From assembly GCA_027492035.1 (NCBI GenBank), contig JAOZFT010000004.1, positions 64,001 to 128,000 of the forward strand: DNA of 64,000 nt. The letters are read 5' to 3'. Below are positions 19,434 through 29,575 of this stretch, one piece after another. Every line of letters begins with the position of its first letter. Position 1 is the stretch's first letter. Source of the stretch: Thermoproteota archaeon (lineage in GTDB: Archaea > Korarchaeota > JAOZGF01 > JAOZFZ01). The position numbers and the translations under genes are program-made. The notes below the pieces were generated by a model. That model saw only the letters and a list, made by a program, of their open reading frames with translations. It searched no databases and had not been told where the DNA came from.

Positions 19434-20441
19434 TTACCTGGTTTTTAACCACTCCTCCACAGTTATAAACTGCTTAGGTTCATTGAAGAAATTATTAACG
19501 AATTCATTTATCAGCTTCGCTGCTTCAGGGTGTAGGGATGAAGATATGTTTGCTCCAGCCATTATCCCAGTTATTGCCGTTAAAACTTCGAAAGTTATTC
19601 CTGTTTTTTCTGTTTCGAGTTTATCTTCTTCCTGAAGTTCCCTTGCAAGCCAGCTTTCACTTGAAAAAATAATGCTTGGACTTTGAAGGATTTTGTCTCC
19701 TCTAAGGGCCCTTATTTTTACTCTTTCAAGCGTTGAAAAAGTATATTCGATGCCGTAACCTAAAGCCCCCGTGGTCACATCCATAATTATTTCTTTATTT
19801 GTTAATCCAAGGTTTAAGAGGGAGGTATTAAGTTTAAGTGCTTGGTTTACATCCATGTTTGTTTTTGCAAGTACAGGGTGTTTCTTTTCCAGACAAGCCT
19901 TACCTATTTCTTGGAAAGCATTAGTGTACACAGGCCCTATTAAACATTTTTCTCCTTCACATATTTCAGCTGATTTCGTCAATATTTCATTGTTTTTCCT
20001 GTAATCATCCATTTCAATGATGTCCATTACCCCTGTAATTAGGAGGGGGACCTTAACTGCTTGAAGAACTTCCTCAATAACGTTACTTATCTCTTTTTTG
20101 AAAGTTTCATTCCTTATAGAGAAGGCATCTGTCAATCTTAAGTTAACCATTTCTGCTTTAAATTTATTAACAGCTTCTCTACTCCATTCAACAGGGTTAT
20201 CTACCAAGTCACCGAAGAAATTAAACAGGGAACCGGGTAAAGGAGCATGGTAACAATACACTTCGTGAGCTATTCTTGGGGGGTTAGGGTTGATCCCTTC
20301 AAAACTGTAGAGAGGTAAGTATTTGTCTCCCCCTACAGTTACTGAGTAACTTCTAGTTCCCCCTTCAGTTTTTGTGGCCCCAATCTCAACTTCTTTAATT
20401 TCGCCCTCATATTTTTCGAAAGAAATGGGAATACTTGACAT
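19434..20441 (-). CDS. cdhD: Corrinoid Fe-S protein small subunit (ACDS delta), second copy without N-terminal extension
   Basis: EVEIGAT..GGTR, VLQAVKVPL, MDVTTGALGYGIEY, HPEA; probable ATG 20441 after GGTGA. Confidence 0.9.
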   Translation of the reverse strand: MSSIPISFEKYEGEIKEVEIGATKTEGGTRSYSVTVGGDKYLPLYSFEGINPNPPRIAHEVYCYHAPLPGSLFNFFGDLVDNPVEWSREAVNKFKAEMVNLRLTDAFSIRNETFKKEISNVIEEVLQAVKVPLLITGVMDIIEMDDYRKNNEILTKSAEICEGEKCLIGPVYTNAFQEIGKACLEKKHPVLAKTNMDVNQALKLNTSLLNLGLTNKEIIMDVTTGALGYGIEYTFSTLERVKIRALRGDKILQSPSIIFSSESWLARELQEEDKLETEKTGITFEVLTAITGIMAGANISSSLHPEAAKLINEFVNNFFNEPKQFITVEEWLKTR

Positions 20442-20633
20442 TTCAGTTTTCACCAAAAAATTACTTGGGTGAACAGAAACCTCTTTTTCAAATAAGTTTT
20501 TCCCTTAAAACAGTTTATTTGTCTCCTTCTAGAGGTGCAAAGTTCCCTTAGGAAAGGAAACGTGACTTCAAGGATGGGGTTAACACTGGATAATTTCTTT
20601 TGTGAGAGAAAAAATGTAGGTGTTAGGAAAAAA

Positions 20634-22028
20634 TTACTTCCATTTTTCTTGCATAAATTTAGGTATTCCTGAGGAATCTAATGGCCCTACAAGCACTTTC
20701 CAACCGCTTTTTTCCTCTATTTCTCCACTTAACCTTGAAGCTCTGCCAGGGATCACTATTTTTCTATGTTTCACTTTTTCTTCAATTTTGCTTTCCTTAA
20801 TTGAATCTGCGACTCTGTCAGCAGTTAATTTCCTTCCTGCAACAGCTGAATCAACAGATAACCCTTCTGTATCAACAACTAAGAGGTAGCAATCCAGTTT
20901 AGCTGACTGTATATCTGCAGCAACTGTGTAATAGGTTAAAGCGAAGTTGGTAGTGAATAATACAGGTGAGTTTTCGTTAGGTTGTCCAAACGTCCTTATT
21001 CCTGGTTCAACAGCCACAGGTTTCCTTGGGTCTGTATATATGTTTTCTCTTAGGATAATTTGAGGCAGAAGACTCCAACCTTCCAAGTTATGAACTATTA
21101 ATGCATCTGCAAACCTCACTATCAACATACCGGCTAAATATGTTTCCTCCCATTTCTTATCCAGTATACGTCCTTCTTGAGTCCAAGCAGTTATGGGAGT
21201 GCCTATTAACGGGAAACTAAGTAATTCATCATTTTCCTTAAAAGCTGCTCTACGGATCATTGTGAAATTGTTCAGGGTTGCTGAGACTCCATCGCCTGGA
21301 AAAGTACCTGGATCTAGAACTAAATCTTCGATTCCGTACTCTTTCATAGTTTTCACCAATGACTTAAGCAATGTTATATCGTTAGGTGCAAAAATTGTTA
21401 AGGGGCAATTATACATTGAAGCTAGTTCACCCATTTTGTCCCAGTTATCTTTTGTAGCTGCGTAAATAAGAGGCTTGCTGTTTTTAGCTTCTGACAAACC
21501 TGACTTCATGACTTTAGGGTTGAAGGTGCAAAGGATCATTGGTAAACTTGTGTTTTCAACAACTGTTTTAACTGTTTCCCCGAATTTTTCAGGATCTTCT
21601 GTTACTGACCTCACAGCCACCAAGTTTAGCTTTAATTCTTTGCCTATGTAGCTATAGGAGAAGTTTTCAATTTTCTTAACCCTCTCAATTAATTCGTCTT
21701 TAGGCAGGTCATCTGTAACATCTACAGCTATAGCTGTTGGGTTTATGTAAGTTAATTCATGTCTATACATCACATACTCTCCACCTATTTTCACTTCTTT
21801 AGTTGGGCTTTTAATTACTACCTCTTTCAGAGTAGGCTTTATTAAATCCCAAATTTTTTCTCGGTTTCTTCTGTATTTACTTGTTAAAAGAGGTTTACAG
21901 GCGTCAAGTCCAATTTCCATTGCAACAAGTTTAGTTGCAAAAGCCATACAGTTTTCTAGGCCACATTCTTTACAGTTAGTTTTGGGAAGGAGTTTATAGA
22001 TGTCTAGTGGACTTAATTCTTTAGCCAA
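20634..22028 (-). CDS. cdhE: Corrinoid Fe-S protein large subunit (ACDS gamma)
   Basis: LPKTNCKECGLENCMAFA, IYTDPRKPVAVEPG, TTNFALTYYTV. Confidence 0.95.
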   Translation of the reverse strand: MAKELSPLDIYKLLPKTNCKECGLENCMAFATKLVAMEIGLDACKPLLTSKYRRNREKIWDLIKPTLKEVVIKSPTKEVKIGGEYVMYRHELTYINPTAIAVDVTDDLPKDELIERVKKIENFSYSYIGKELKLNLVAVRSVTEDPEKFGETVKTVVENTSLPMILCTFNPKVMKSGLSEAKNSKPLIYAATKDNWDKMGELASMYNCPLTIFAPNDITLLKSLVKTMKEYGIEDLVLDPGTFPGDGVSATLNNFTMIRRAAFKENDELLSFPLIGTPITAWTQEGRILDKKWEETYLAGMLIVRFADALIVHNLEGWSLLPQIILRENIYTDPRKPVAVEPGIRTFGQPNENSPVLFTTNFALTYYTVAADIQSAKLDCYLLVVDTEGLSVDSAVAGRKLTADRVADSIKESKIEEKVKHRKIVIPGRASRLSGEIEEKSGWKVLVGPLDSSGIPKFMQEKWK

Positions 22029-22043
22029 GTTGCGTCACCTTTT

Positions 22044-23234
22044 TCAGAATTTTTTAGTAACCCAGTTAATAACTTCCTGAGGTTTTACAGGCTTTTGCTC
22101 CACCAGCCTCTGAATTACCGACTTCACTGTTTCAACTGCTTTGGGATGCATCATCATGAATAAGTCAACTCCAGCTAAAAGCAGAGTTAATGCAGTAACC
22201 ACTTCCCATATTGGTCCTCTTAGCTCCCTAGGTTCCCATTCTGGTCCTAGTTTTATCCATGCTTCTCTAGCAGCCCAAGCATTGGTTGTGCCTGAGGATA
22301 ATGGGTGCTGCAGCTCCTCGTCGCCCATTAACGCAGCAAGCCTCGTCCTTTCCATTATAGTGAATGCATAATCTAAACCATAACCTAAAGCTGCAGTGGT
22401 TGTATCCATTATTATGTTTTCTTTGGGTAAGTACTCGTAGAGTTTACGGTCAAGTTCTTTCTGCTGCTGCATATCCATTGAAGTAAAGGCAATTACGACA
22501 TGGCCGTGCTCCTTAATAGCTTTGGCGGCTTTTTCCAGATCCATGTCCAAGGTAACTGAGTTGATAAGTATTCTTTCTCCTTCAGCAGCCTCAGCCACTT
22601 TCTCAAAAACCTGTAAATCCTTTACAGGGTCTCCGCAACCCCCTACTGTCAAGGGTACTTTAACTGCTTGAAGAACTTCCTCCACTGTTTTCGCAGCCTC
22701 ACTTGGAGAAGTGTTTTCACGTAAGGGGTCTATGCTTTCCATGTGAAGGTTTATCATTTCAGCACCGAATTTGTTGACTGCCTTTTTAGCCCATTCTGCA
22801 GGATCATCTAACACATCTCTCCAATTATTTTTCACTGCTTTAGCCATGGGTATCTTGGTGTCGAAAACATCCAGTGAAACAACAGGGGGGTGGGGAGTAG
22901 GTGATTCAAAAGTGTAAAATGCAGGAGAAGTTTCTCCTCCCACCACTACGGTTTTATCCCTAGTACCTCCTTCCTTTTTAGTGGCTCCGATTTTTACTTC
23001 AACAACTCTTCCAGGGTAAATTTGAATAGGGGGGGTGAATTCAGTCTTTAAAATTTCAGTTGGTTTTTTGATTTGTGGAACAGCGGCAGGGTAGGGAATA
23101 AACCTTTGAGGCACTGGTTCAAACTCCAACTCTGAAAATTCAGCTTCAATGTTTTCTAGGATCATTTCAGAATTGTTTAATTTTTTAATTAGGTCAAGTA
23201 TGGAGTTGAAGAAAGAATTAGCTTCCTCGCTCAA
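22044..23234 (-). CDS. cdhD: Corrinoid Fe-S protein small subunit (ACDS delta) with N-terminal extension
   Basis: DTTTAALGYGLDY, NAWAAREAW, RGPIWE, MMMHP. Confidence 0.95.
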   Translation of the reverse strand: MSEEANSFFNSILDLIKKLNNSEMILENIEAEFSELEFEPVPQRFIPYPAAVPQIKKPTEILKTEFTPPIQIYPGRVVEVKIGATKKEGGTRDKTVVVGGETSPAFYTFESPTPHPPVVSLDVFDTKIPMAKAVKNNWRDVLDDPAEWAKKAVNKFGAEMINLHMESIDPLRENTSPSEAAKTVEEVLQAVKVPLTVGGCGDPVKDLQVFEKVAEAAEGERILINSVTLDMDLEKAAKAIKEHGHVVIAFTSMDMQQQKELDRKLYEYLPKENIIMDTTTAALGYGLDYAFTIMERTRLAALMGDEELQHPLSSGTTNAWAAREAWIKLGPEWEPRELRGPIWEVVTALTLLLAGVDLFMMMHPKAVETVKSVIQRLVEQKPVKPQEVINWVTKKF

Positions 23235-23240
23235 TTAAGT

Positions 23241-23465
23241 CTACCTCTTTTCCTCTTTAGTTTTATGCAAAGTTAGTTTTTCAATACTGAGTTTAACCCC
23301 CTTAATTTTTTGAACTGATCCTTTAGAGGAGGGCTTGATGTGCATTTCATCAAAAGTTAAGTTTATGTTTTCAAGAATGGTTTCTGATTTCTCTATCTCT
23401 TCAATTAATTCTACAACTGTTTTAAGTAAAGGTTTTGGTTCCCTTCTTTCACTCAAGTTTTTCAC
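23241..23465 (-). CDS. Small ACDS-operon protein resembling CdhD N-terminal plus CdhC C-terminal extensions
   Basis: Fills the cdhC-cdhD gap exactly; probable TTG start 23456 after GGTGA; internal similarity to both neighbours (see findings). Confidence 0.8.
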   Translation of the reverse strand: MKNLSERREPKPLLKTVVELIEEIEKSETILENINLTFDEMHIKPSSKGSVQKIKGVKLSIEKLTLHKTKEEKR

Positions 23466-23467
23466 CT

Positions 23468-24883
23468 TTATCTCCTTTTCCTTTTCTTTTCTACTTTTTT
23501 AAGAAGCAATTTCTCGATGTTGATTTTTGCACCTTTAATGCTGATTTTAAAGTTTCCAATTGGTAGCGGTAAAGGCATTCCTTGGACAGGTACTCCAGCT
23601 GCAGGTACTGCTTCGATTTCTTCTTCTTCCTCTTCAGCTATAGCTTCTTCTTCCAATCCCATTTCTTTCCACCTTTCAACAACCGGGTGATTGACTTTTT
23701 CCAGGAACTCTTTTAATTCATCTATGTTCTGCACATCTTTCTCTGTAGCTATTTTATCAACTACATCTTTTGGGATGAAATCTTTTACTCTTTCTTTAAA
23801 GTCTGTAGGCATCCAAACAACTCTGTGCCATCCTCCATCAACCTGCAAAAATTTGGGGGATCTTGTGTATTCTATGGAAATGCCGTGGAAACCGTCTACT
23901 TGTCTACCTCCAGCTGTTGCATCCGCCATTGTCCCAAACCTTAAACCATTGACAGCGTTACCTTTGAAGTCCCTGTGAATTAGACCCATACCGTCCACTT
24001 CAGGGATATAGAAAGCTATGCCTTCAAAACATCCACAGGATGTGTGGGGGTATCCAAAAGCAGTGTAAAGCCATACTCTTTCAATAGCACCCAAGGACTT
24101 CTCCTTTGCAGCTTTATTGGCTCCAGTGTACTCTCCCTTCCAAGGATCTAAACATTCACCTTTAGGAATTGCGAAAATTGGTCCCTTTGGGTCTATTTTT
24201 GCAGCAGCACGTCCATCATACCAACTTATTGCTCCACAATTGGAATAACGTTGGGGAGTGATTATGCAGACATGGGTAGGAGCAAAGGATTGGCAGAGGA
24301 GGCAACCGTAGAATTCATCCACTTCTTCATCCTTTAACCCTCTAGCTTTAGCGTCTCTGGCTTCATAGACTTTCAATGCCATATTGTATTGTTCCTCTAC
24401 CTTTTTTGGGTCGGTTAAGAAAGTTACTTGTATTTTTTCAATTATGGGTAATTCTGACTTATATAATCTGATCATAACTTTCCCTACAAGTTCAAAAGTG
24501 TTTAATCCTTTTTTGAAAGAGTTTTTACTTACTCTGCACCAGATGTCGTATCTCTGGTTTAAGTGCATGAATCCCTCTATGTAATTTGTGAATTCATGTA
24601 TTCTTCTTTCAATGACGCCTTCTAGATCCTCTTCCAGTTCCTTTCCTGCCACTTCCACAAGAATACCGAACGGATACGTTTTTCCCTCTTCTAAATCTTT
24701 CAAGTCAGGCCCTACAATGCTTATTTTACCATCCTCAACTTCTCCTGGTTTCTTCACTCTTACGAGTTCAAACTTTGTTTTTACCTTCGGCCCCCCTAGT
24801 TCAACATACATTTCGTTTTTTCTTATTCTTTCCCCTTCATAAACTATTCCTACGTCAACAGGAATGTCTTGAAACATGGACAT
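23468..24883 (-). CDS. cdhC: Acetyl-CoA synthase, ACDS beta subunit
   Basis: YEGERIR, FYGCLLCQSFAPTHVC, HTSCGCFE A-cluster motifs; acidic linker and C-terminal tail. Confidence 0.97.
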   Translation of the reverse strand: MSMFQDIPVDVGIVYEGERIRKNEMYVELGGPKVKTKFELVRVKKPGEVEDGKISIVGPDLKDLEEGKTYPFGILVEVAGKELEEDLEGVIERRIHEFTNYIEGFMHLNQRYDIWCRVSKNSFKKGLNTFELVGKVMIRLYKSELPIIEKIQVTFLTDPKKVEEQYNMALKVYEARDAKARGLKDEEVDEFYGCLLCQSFAPTHVCIITPQRYSNCGAISWYDGRAAAKIDPKGPIFAIPKGECLDPWKGEYTGANKAAKEKSLGAIERVWLYTAFGYPHTSCGCFEGIAFYIPEVDGMGLIHRDFKGNAVNGLRFGTMADATAGGRQVDGFHGISIEYTRSPKFLQVDGGWHRVVWMPTDFKERVKDFIPKDVVDKIATEKDVQNIDELKEFLEKVNHPVVERWKEMGLEEEAIAEEEEEEIEAVPAAGVPVQGMPLPLPIGNFKISIKGAKINIEKLLLKKVEKKRKRR

Positions 24884-25460
24884 TTTTTTCCCCTTCTTTC
24901 TTGTACGAATTTGAGCTTAGAGCCTTTTTAACTCTTTACTACAAACCATTTCTAAAATTAATTTACCTATTTAAATTTTTAACATTTAAAAATCTATCTT
25001 TTACCTTCTTGATGCTACTATATCTCTTTTTTGGCTTTATTTAAGCTGGAGGAAACTTCATCTACAAATAAATTTTTTACAAGGAAATTTAAGGGTTTTG
25101 AAGCTGAAAAAGAGGTTATAGGAAGCTGAGAAATACCGGGTTCTATAAGTTGTTTATATAGGTCTCTCTTTAAAAAACTTTTTAACAAAATAAAGTTTCT
25201 GGAGACTGAAAAATTTGTTTAAATGAAAAAAGAGAAGAAGAGTACAGTTTTTCCGGGTAGAGATGTTCCTATGCTAACAGGTTTATTTACTGCCTAAGTC
25301 CTCCATTATTTGTTTTTCACCAAAAATGTAAGCTGCTGGATAATTGATTACTTTGTTCAGCTTAATAAAAAGATTTGTAAAGTTTAAAAATAACTGTTGC
25401 TTAAAAAAACCGGAAAATAAAATGAGAAAGGGACAACTGCTACTGAAAAACATTGAAAAG

Positions 25461-25476
25461 GGTAAAATTTATATAA
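25461..25476 (+). promoter_or_regulatory. Probable TATA box upstream of cdhA in the divergent cdhC/cdhA intergenic region
   Basis: TTTATATA at 25468-25475 preceded by purine-rich sequence. Confidence 0.4.
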
Positions 25477-25563
25477 GTAATTTATAAACAATTTTCCTTA
25501 AACTTCATTTCCCTAAAGCTGTCCGTTTCAAAATCCTTTTCCTCTTTCCAGAGGCGATTCATT

Positions 25564-27909
25564 TTGTCAAAAAAGGACTTAAGAGTGAAAATAGGAGAAG
25601 TTAAAACAGAAAAAGGCACAATGAAAGATTTAGAAATTTCAATTGGGAGAATATTTGAGGAGGAGTGGGAGGAACCGGTTGGCCCAACCCCCTTTCCATC
25701 AATCAAGGACTTAAGGAACTGGGACTTCAAACTCTTAAAACGTTACAAACCATTTTACATGCCTTTCTGCGATTTATGCTGTTTTTGCACCTACGGAAAA
25801 TGTGACTTGACAAAAAATAAAAGGGGAGCTTGTGGAATCGACATGGCTGGCCAACAAGCCAGGATTGTTCTGTTAGCCTGTGCAATAGGTGCAGCTACAC
25901 ATTGTGGACATGCCAGACATTTAGTAGAACACTTGATTGAGGAATATGGAAGAGATACACCTCTATCAATGGGTGAAAACGTTGAGATAGAGGCTCCACA
26001 CGTAAGGCTTGTTTGTGGAATAAGGCCAAGGAAAATAAAAGATTTAGAAATAGCACTTGATTACGTGGAAAATCAAGTAACCCATTTGCTTTCTGCCATA
26101 CATACTGGCCAAGAAGGGCACTGGATGGATTTTGAATCAAAAGTTTTCCATGCAGGCATGATTGACCACGTCGCAATGGAGATAGCTGACATCGCCCAAA
26201 TAGCAGTTTACAACTTCCCTAAAGCCGACCCAGATGCTCCGTTGGTTGAGTTAGGTGCTGGTGTTGTAGACTCTAAGAAACCAACAATACTTGTGGTGGG
26301 GCATAACGTCCCTCCAGCCATAGCTATCGCAGATTACTTGACAAAAGAAAATCTTGTAGGCAGCGTTGAAGTTGCTGGCTTATGCTGCACTGCTATAGAT
26401 TTGACAAGGTACTCTTCATTTGCAAAAATAATTGGTCCAATGAGTTGGACTTTAAGGTTTATAAGAAGCGGATTAGCAGATGTAATAGTAGTGGATGAGC
26501 AGTGTGTAAGAACAAACTTAGTTGAAGAGGCCAAGAAAATCGGGGCGCTTTTCATTGCTACTTCTGAAAAAAACTGTCAGGGCCTGCCTAACAGAACAAA
26601 TGATCCAGCGGATCAAATCGTGGATGATTTAGTGAGTGGAAAACAACCTGGAGTTTTAATTTTTGACACTGAAAAAGTTGGGGAAGTAGCTGTTAAAGCA
26701 GCTTTAGCTGTAGCACCTAAGAGGAAGAAGAAAAGATCTCTTTTAACACCCAAAGAGATCATTGAGGGATCAAAGAAATGCATTAAATGCCAAGAATGCA
26801 TAAAGGCATGCCCAGATAATTTACCAGTGATGTATGCAGTGAATGATGCCGCTCGAGGAGATCTTTCTAAGTTAGCTGAACTTTATGAGAAATGTATCGG
26901 CTGCGCCAGATGTGAAAGTGCATGCAGCGTGAATTTGCCGCTTCACACTTACATCATTTCAGCTGCAGAGAAAAAAATGACGGAAGAAAAGTTTAAGATA
27001 AGAGCCGGAAGGGGACCTATTAGCGACATAGAAATAAGGGAAGTTGGTCAACCTATCGTTTTCGGTGAAATACCTGGAGTTGTTGCCTTTGTAGGTTGTC
27101 CAAACTACGCAAATGGTGGAAAAGAAATTCCTGAAATGGTTGATGAATTTGCAAAGAGAAGATACATAATTACTCTTTCAGGATGCGCAGCCATGACAGC
27201 TGGAATGTTCAAAGATGAAGAAGGGAAGACAGTGTATGAAAAGTATCACGGCAGATTTGACGCTGGAGGAGTTGTAAACGTGGGTTCATGTGTTTCAAAC
27301 CCACACATTTCTGGGGCGGCAATAAAGATAGCTAGAATATTCGCTAAAAGGAACATAAGAGCAAACTATGAAGAAATTGCTGACTATGTTTACAACCGTA
27401 TAGGTGCAGTTGGTGTTGCATGGGGCGCTATGTCGCAAAAAGCAGCTTCAATAGCTTCAGGTTTTTGGAGACTAGGGGTTCCAGTAATCGTTGGCCCCCA
27501 TGGTTCGAAATATAGAAGAATGCTGCTTGGAAGGAAAGACAGGGATGAGGACTGGTATGTTTGGGATGCAAGGACAGGTAAAAAAGTATATGTTGGACCT
27601 GCACCGGAACACCTGTTCTACACAGCTGAAACAAAGGAGGAAGCCATGGTTATGATAGCTAAACTTTGCATAAGACCTAACGATACAACTAAGGGGAGAG
27701 CTATAAAACTGACCCACTACATAGATCTTTACAAGAAATTTTACGGTAAGTTACCTGATGACATACATCTTTACGTCAGAACAAAAGCAGATATTCCATT
27801 AACCATGAAAGATGAAATACTCGCATATTTAGAAGCTAAAGGATGGAAAGAAAAAGCAACGCCTGACCCGACACTTCTACCTCGATTAATAAGGAAAAAG
27901 GAGGGATGA
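25564..27909 (+). CDS. cdhA: CO dehydrogenase, ACDS alpha subunit
   Basis: CDLCCFCTYGKC, GHN, GLCCTA, DEQC, two extra ferredoxin motifs, GSCVSN, WGAMSQKA. Confidence 0.97.
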   Translation: MSKKDLRVKIGEVKTEKGTMKDLEISIGRIFEEEWEEPVGPTPFPSIKDLRNWDFKLLKRYKPFYMPFCDLCCFCTYGKCDLTKNKRGACGIDMAGQQARIVLLACAIGAATHCGHARHLVEHLIEEYGRDTPLSMGENVEIEAPHVRLVCGIRPRKIKDLEIALDYVENQVTHLLSAIHTGQEGHWMDFESKVFHAGMIDHVAMEIADIAQIAVYNFPKADPDAPLVELGAGVVDSKKPTILVVGHNVPPAIAIADYLTKENLVGSVEVAGLCCTAIDLTRYSSFAKIIGPMSWTLRFIRSGLADVIVVDEQCVRTNLVEEAKKIGALFIATSEKNCQGLPNRTNDPADQIVDDLVSGKQPGVLIFDTEKVGEVAVKAALAVAPKRKKKRSLLTPKEIIEGSKKCIKCQECIKACPDNLPVMYAVNDAARGDLSKLAELYEKCIGCARCESACSVNLPLHTYIISAAEKKMTEEKFKIRAGRGPISDIEIREVGQPIVFGEIPGVVAFVGCPNYANGGKEIPEMVDEFAKRRYIITLSGCAAMTAGMFKDEEGKTVYEKYHGRFDAGGVVNVGSCVSNPHISGAAIKIARIFAKRNIRANYEEIADYVYNRIGAVGVAWGAMSQKAASIASGFWRLGVPVIVGPHGSKYRRMLLGRKDRDEDWYVWDARTGKKVYVGPAPEHLFYTAETKEEAMVMIAKLCIRPNDTTKGRAIKLTHYIDLYKKFYGKLPDDIHLYVRTKADIPLTMKDEILAYLEAKGWKEKATPDPTLLPRLIRKKEG

Positions 27910-28436
27910 TGAAAATGAAACTCGAACCCTACCAAAAAGCTGAAATACCTGGACCGTCGAAAGCTTTCGCAATAAGCAATGCGAAACTGCTACTGGCTAA
28001 AATAAAGAAAGCGAAGAAGCCTTTAATGATTATTGGCCATAAATCTTTAGAGTTAGAAATAAATGGCAAATTACTTATAGACTACTTGGTTGAAATAGCG
28101 AAAAAATACAGGATACCAGTTATAACTTCTACTCCCACCTACCTAGAAATTAAGAGGAGGGGGTATGAAACAGTGTACCCAATGAATTTAATAGAGGCTG
28201 CCAGCATGGTTAAGGACCCTTCATGGACAGGGTTTGACGGAAAAGGAAATTACGACTTAGTTTTCATTGCAGGATTCCCTTACTATTATGAATGGTTGAC
28301 CTTGTCAGGTTTAAAACATTTCTCGTCAATTGAAACAATTAGTTTAGACCCTTACTATCAACCACATGCCTCATGGTCTTTTCCAACAATGAAGAAGGAA
28401 GAATGGGCCAAAATCATAAATGAACTGCTGGAATAA
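27906..28436 (+). CDS. cdhB: ACDS epsilon subunit
   Basis: KAKKPLMIIG, WTGFDGKGNYDL, LSGLKHF, YQPHASWSF; directly follows cdhA. Confidence 0.93.
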   Translation: MMKMKLEPYQKAEIPGPSKAFAISNAKLLLAKIKKAKKPLMIIGHKSLELEINGKLLIDYLVEIAKKYRIPVITSTPTYLEIKRRGYETVYPMNLIEAASMVKDPSWTGFDGKGNYDLVFIAGFPYYYEWLTLSGLKHFSSIETISLDPYYQPHASWSFPTMKKEEWAKIINELLE

Positions 28437-28553
28437 AACATTCCTTTCAAACCTATCCTTTTTTACTAAATAAATTTCTCTAAAAAGTATCTTTACATGT
28501 AGGGAGGAGTTGTCGGCAGAACCACATGCTTCAGTTTTATTTCATTTTAGTTA

Positions 28554-29450
28554 TTGAGAGAGAAAATGAAGAGATTTCCCACCTATAAATTTACCCCACA
28601 CAAAAAACATTTTTTAACTTTTCCTGCAATAAAGGAGATTATTAAAGCATTCAATAAAGGAGTTAGTTGTTTAGAGATAACTTTGGACTTAGGCAAAACG
28701 GTTAGCACTATAAAGTTTGAAGAATTTAATGTAGTTTTTCCAGATGACGCTAAGATCCATGTTGAAATTTTAAGGAAAGTGAAAGACGAAAGAGCTGTGT
28801 ATGGAGTGAATCCTACAACTAATTCCCTATTTAAGGTTTCGTTTTCAAAAAGTAACTCCTTTTATAAATTGGTGAGCATAGGAAAGGAAGAAGCCCCCAC
28901 CTTAGAAATAAACGGAATCCATATGCATCAAATAAAGAAACTTACCCCCTGGCAAGATTCAAAAAAGAAAGTTTCAGCCGCACAAGTTAGAAGAGGAAGT
29001 AAAGTGTTGGACATAGGAACAGGTTTAGGTTACACCGCAATCCTCAGTTTCCAAAAATCCTTATGTGAAGTGTTAACCATAGAAAAAGACAGGAATGTAC
29101 TGGAAATAGCTGAATACAATCCCTGGTCCTGGCCTCTAGCTAACCAGGAAATAAAAATTCTAAACGGAGACGCTTCAAAAGAGATAAAGAAATTTGAAGA
29201 TGAATACTTTGACAGAATAATTCATGACCCACCTAGATTCAGTTTAGCAGGTGAACTCTATAGTTTAGATTTTTACCGTGAACTTTACAGGGTTCTAGCT
29301 AGAGGTGGCAAACTTTTCCATTATACAGGGGAACCGAGGAGGAGAGGAGGCAGATCAGTTATTGTGAAGGGAGTCAGTGGAAGATTAAAGAAAGCAGGTT
29401 TCAAAGTTGAAAGAATAAAGGAAACACAAGGCTTTTTGTGCTATAAATAA
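28554..29450 (+). CDS. Archaeal SAM-dependent methyltransferase (COG2521-like)
   Basis: PTLEINGIHMH, VLDIGTGLGYTA, NPWS, IIHDPPRFSLAGELYS. Confidence 0.85.
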   Translation: MREKMKRFPTYKFTPHKKHFLTFPAIKEIIKAFNKGVSCLEITLDLGKTVSTIKFEEFNVVFPDDAKIHVEILRKVKDERAVYGVNPTTNSLFKVSFSKSNSFYKLVSIGKEEAPTLEINGIHMHQIKKLTPWQDSKKKVSAAQVRRGSKVLDIGTGLGYTAILSFQKSLCEVLTIEKDRNVLEIAEYNPWSWPLANQEIKILNGDASKEIKKFEDEYFDRIIHDPPRFSLAGELYSLDFYRELYRVLARGGKLFHYTGEPRRRGGRSVIVKGVSGRLKKAGFKVERIKETQGFLCYK

Positions 29451-29575
29451 TTGGTTTAATCACACATTCCTATTTCTAGTTTCCAATTTTTACCTGTTTT
29501 AGCCAGGTTCAACCTCGTTAGGAGTTTAGTAAAGTAAAATTTTTCTCTGAATTCTTGCCTTAAAAAAGGATGTTT

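Noticed and set aside
24884-25563. Long cdhC/cdhA intergenic region as a possible ncRNA or hidden gene
   Set aside because: AT-rich with no convincing ORF, GC-rich stem or C/D box pair; consistent with divergent promoters.
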